From: Trichoplax adhaerens | Taxonomy: Eukaryota > Animalia > Placozoa | DNA: 64,000 nucleotides | Assembly: GCF_000150275.1 (NCBI RefSeq) | Contig: NW_002060948.1 | Span: 1,201,983-1,265,982, forward strand | Direction of reading: 5' to 3' | Part shown: piece by piece, positions 60,941 to 64,000 of the stretch | Position numbering within the stretch: the first letter of the stretch is position 1 | Layout of the letters: each line of letters begins with the position of its first letter | The notes under the pieces: model-generated | Seen by the model: the letters and a program-made list of their open reading frames with translations, nothing else | Databases searched by the model: none | Told to the model about the DNA's origin: nothing | Translations under genes and position numbers: made by a program

Positions 60941-63900
60941 TTAATACTTCGAATAAATTCTAACTGGAAGTTTACTTTTTTCATGTTGCTTCAAATTTCC
61001 ATATTCAGCTGCAAAATAAGAAGCGATACATAATCTTTAGTCTGAAGATCTTAATGATTAATTAATTAATTAATCAATCAATTATAAATTAGCGGTCATG
61101 TAATATAAAGGAAAAATACCTAATTTATTGAATATCATAATTAAAGAATGCTTCTTTAACTTGTTAATACTAATTACTTCTTTGTCATTCCTAAACAGAA
61201 AAGGCAGTTAAGTTAAAGAAATATCTCAGTTTAGCATTCGTATATATACGCATATATATACACTTCATTCAATACTTAGTTGACTAAAGCATAGACAACA
61301 ATTTTAATAGCATTTATTATAATCAGGAACCATTACCTTAGAGATTTTTTAATGACATCACAATCATGAAGTGCTTTAAAAGCGTTGCTGTATAACGATA
61401 AAGATAGTACTTCGTAATACTTCGAAAGTCCTTAAAATGGAAATATAATAAAATAAAAGTAAACATACTGCACAATGTAAATGGAGTAGCTTCAATCAAT
61501 TTCTTTAGCAGAGACTTTTCAGGTTTACAAACCTCCATTTATATAGTCTATAGCTAACTGTTGCGCTCCTTGGCACGATGCTTTAAGGGAAAACTCCAAA
61601 TGACCGTCAAGATTCGTTAGAACGTATTGACAAGTAATCTTAGAGACGAAAACAAAATTAGTAAAATGATATTTTAATGTTTCGACAAAAATCTTTGGGA
61701 ACACAAGTACAAAAGTAGAAGGAAATATACTATACATTACCCAATAGGCCACGATAAATGGACGTATTAATTCACATAAGAATTCGACAAGTCTGTGACC
61801 TTCTGATGTAATATGAATCGATGACGAGCTAACATTCAGAGATACGTTACTTTCACGGAGTAACCGTATAGCTCTGTGAAATGCTTCCTATTCATTTAAT
61901 ATAGTAGTTTTATCACTAGAATGTAACAAATTTAATGATAATACACATCTTACAACTAGTAACTCACCTCATATTTGTCATCGCATGTTATGACAAATTC
62001 GTCATTAAATAATTTATTTAATAATTGAAAATTTTCCAATGCCACATCTGTAAAATGTTATACATAACTACGTCAGATTGACAACTTGTGTTGGTAAGCT
62101 TTAATGTGATTGCTATTCATTCAGTGATGATATTGTCAATGCTAATTTGTAAGAATCAGAATATTTCAATAAAGCATACCGATATTAACTGGTAACTCTC
62201 CAGCTTTACTTTCATTCCAAAGAACTACAGCTAATAATCCTTGTAGCGCAAATAAATGTAAAATTTTGTTGCGATGTCTTGCTAATACTACATGATCAGC
62301 AGCAGTAGCGAAGACTGCGTCATAGATTAATAATGGACGTTCGGAACCCTTTAATGCCTTGTTAGAATTATTATATTCACTTTTAACTACAATAAGTCCA
62401 TCAGATGTCAATCGTAAAACCTCGTGCATTAGACCTAAAGCCCTTTTGACATTGCATGAATCGTCTTTTTCACCTAAATATATTGTTTCGATATAGAATC
62501 ACAAAATCAATTAGTAAACTTGAAAACTGAATTATTTCATATAAATGAAATTTTGTAGAATATTTTATATCAAACTATGCAATGCCAACAGTATAGCTTT
62601 ACCGCCTAAAATTGCAATATCCCCTCTTATCCTAGCAATTTCAGTTCTAAGCCACTGCACTTCGGCAACGGCATCATCTAGAAATTGATAAAGTTGTCAC
62701 GGCCATGTTTGTTATTTTGGAGTAATTTCATGGTAGTATAATAATACTGTAACTCGCTTCTTTGCTACGGAAGATCGAAATATTACGGAATATCCCGATC
62801 GCGATAAAGGCTTTACTGTACTTTCATATTTTAGTTCTTCACGCATTTTATTACGAATAAATCGAAATTACTTATTTAGATAGCGTACCGAATTGAAGGC
62901 CACCATCATGCTGTAGGATGATTGTCGATAATAACGCACAACCAGTTAAAAGCAGGTTTTCTCGCTGACGATCAATCAAGTGATAAGACAATTGCTTAAC
63001 ACAATGACTCTCCGGGTCGGCATCGTTACCATAATGCCTACAAAAATCAAAAGTTATAAATGCTTGAATTATTACATTTATGACAGCAAATTTGCTAAGA
63101 TAATAATTTGATGTTACCTTGGGTGCAATGTATGGATAGATCTATCAATTTCGAATTGTTGGCAATAGTCTCTCATTGAGATAACATGTCCAAAATGAAC
63201 ATGTATTTTACCAAAATTTTCCGATAATATCGTTCTTGCTTTTAACAATCCCTAATATCAACAATTGATGGATAAATATTTAAAACTTAACTGCATGCAA
63301 TTAATAAATCATAATATTGACATTTATTAGTAGTAATAGGTTATCTATTGACTATTTCCTTATCCTAAGCAATAACAATAAAAATTGCGGCACCGATGTT
63401 GATTCCGGTGGTTTGGCAGCGCCCAACAATTCCCTAACCATCAAACTATCGTCGACTACCTTTTCGTAGGTTATACTTATTGGGCAAATTTTGATGTCTG
63501 GTACTTTACATTCAAAATATGATCTTGCCGCCTCTTTTAGTAACCCTATCGGTTCAGTTATACAAATAAATAATGCATAAATATCTAAACAAATGTTACC
63601 CTATATGAAAAAACATGCAAAAGATAAATTGATTAAAATAGATCAACCTCTTTTTGGCGGTAGTGATTTCCCAGTTCTACTTCGGGTCCCTTCTACAAAA
63701 ATTTCTACCGGAAGATCGCCGTAACAAAGAATTGTGGTAAGGTATTCATTGAATATCGTCCAATATAATCGATCTTTTCCCAGAAAGCTTCGGCGCATAA
63801 AAAAGGCTCCACATCTTCGCAATATTATAGAAACACCAGCCATCCGGGAGAAATCTATCAAAAAAATAAGATAACGATATGATATGATATGAACGCTAGT

Positions 63901-64000
63901 GCTTAGCCGCCAATAACTTCTTATGCTGTACAGGTAATGATCTTGCTTTAATACTATTTGGTGTATTACCTTGGCCAGCAACAATAGCTGGTATAGGAAC
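60941..64000 (-). CDS. GNPAT: Dihydroxyacetone-phosphate acyltransferase (5' part lies outside the window)
   Basis: [75 protein letters not shown]. Exons: >64000-63970, 63854-63648, 63545-63394, 63251-63118, 63037-62889, 62677-62603, 62473-62180, 62047-61968, 61887-61741, 61638-61533, 61430-61337, 61190-61120, 61008-60941. Confidence 0.9.

Overview
AT-rich, intron-rich, compact eukaryotic (metazoan) genomic DNA. Short introns, low GC and the gene set fit a small basal-animal genome such as a placozoan (inference only). I reconstructed eight spliced protein-coding genes by hand, in strictly alternating orientation: CCDC85-like (+), cyclin K (-), UBR7 (+), MBIP (-), inositol-trisphosphate 3-kinase (+), SIRT2 (-), kizuna-like (+) and the 3' part of GNPAT (-). 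Most short ORFs in the supplied track are spurious. Main observations: (1) dense clusters of TA-CAG-TA / TA-CTG-TA motifs at promoters look like stacked Tc1/mariner excision footprints, and duplicated copies in the window differ by exactly such 5-bp insertions at a TA; (2) two minor-spliceosome (U12) GT-AG introns (cyclin K, IP3 kinase) plus an AT-AC-like signal set inside an MBIP intron; (3) a 378-nt symmetric candidate cassette exon in SIRT2; (4) PP1-docking and PDZ-binding motifs on the CCDC85 tail; (5) ancient synteny including the CCDC85-CCNK tail-to-tail pair. I recognised no tRNA, rRNA, CRISPR array or intact transposase.
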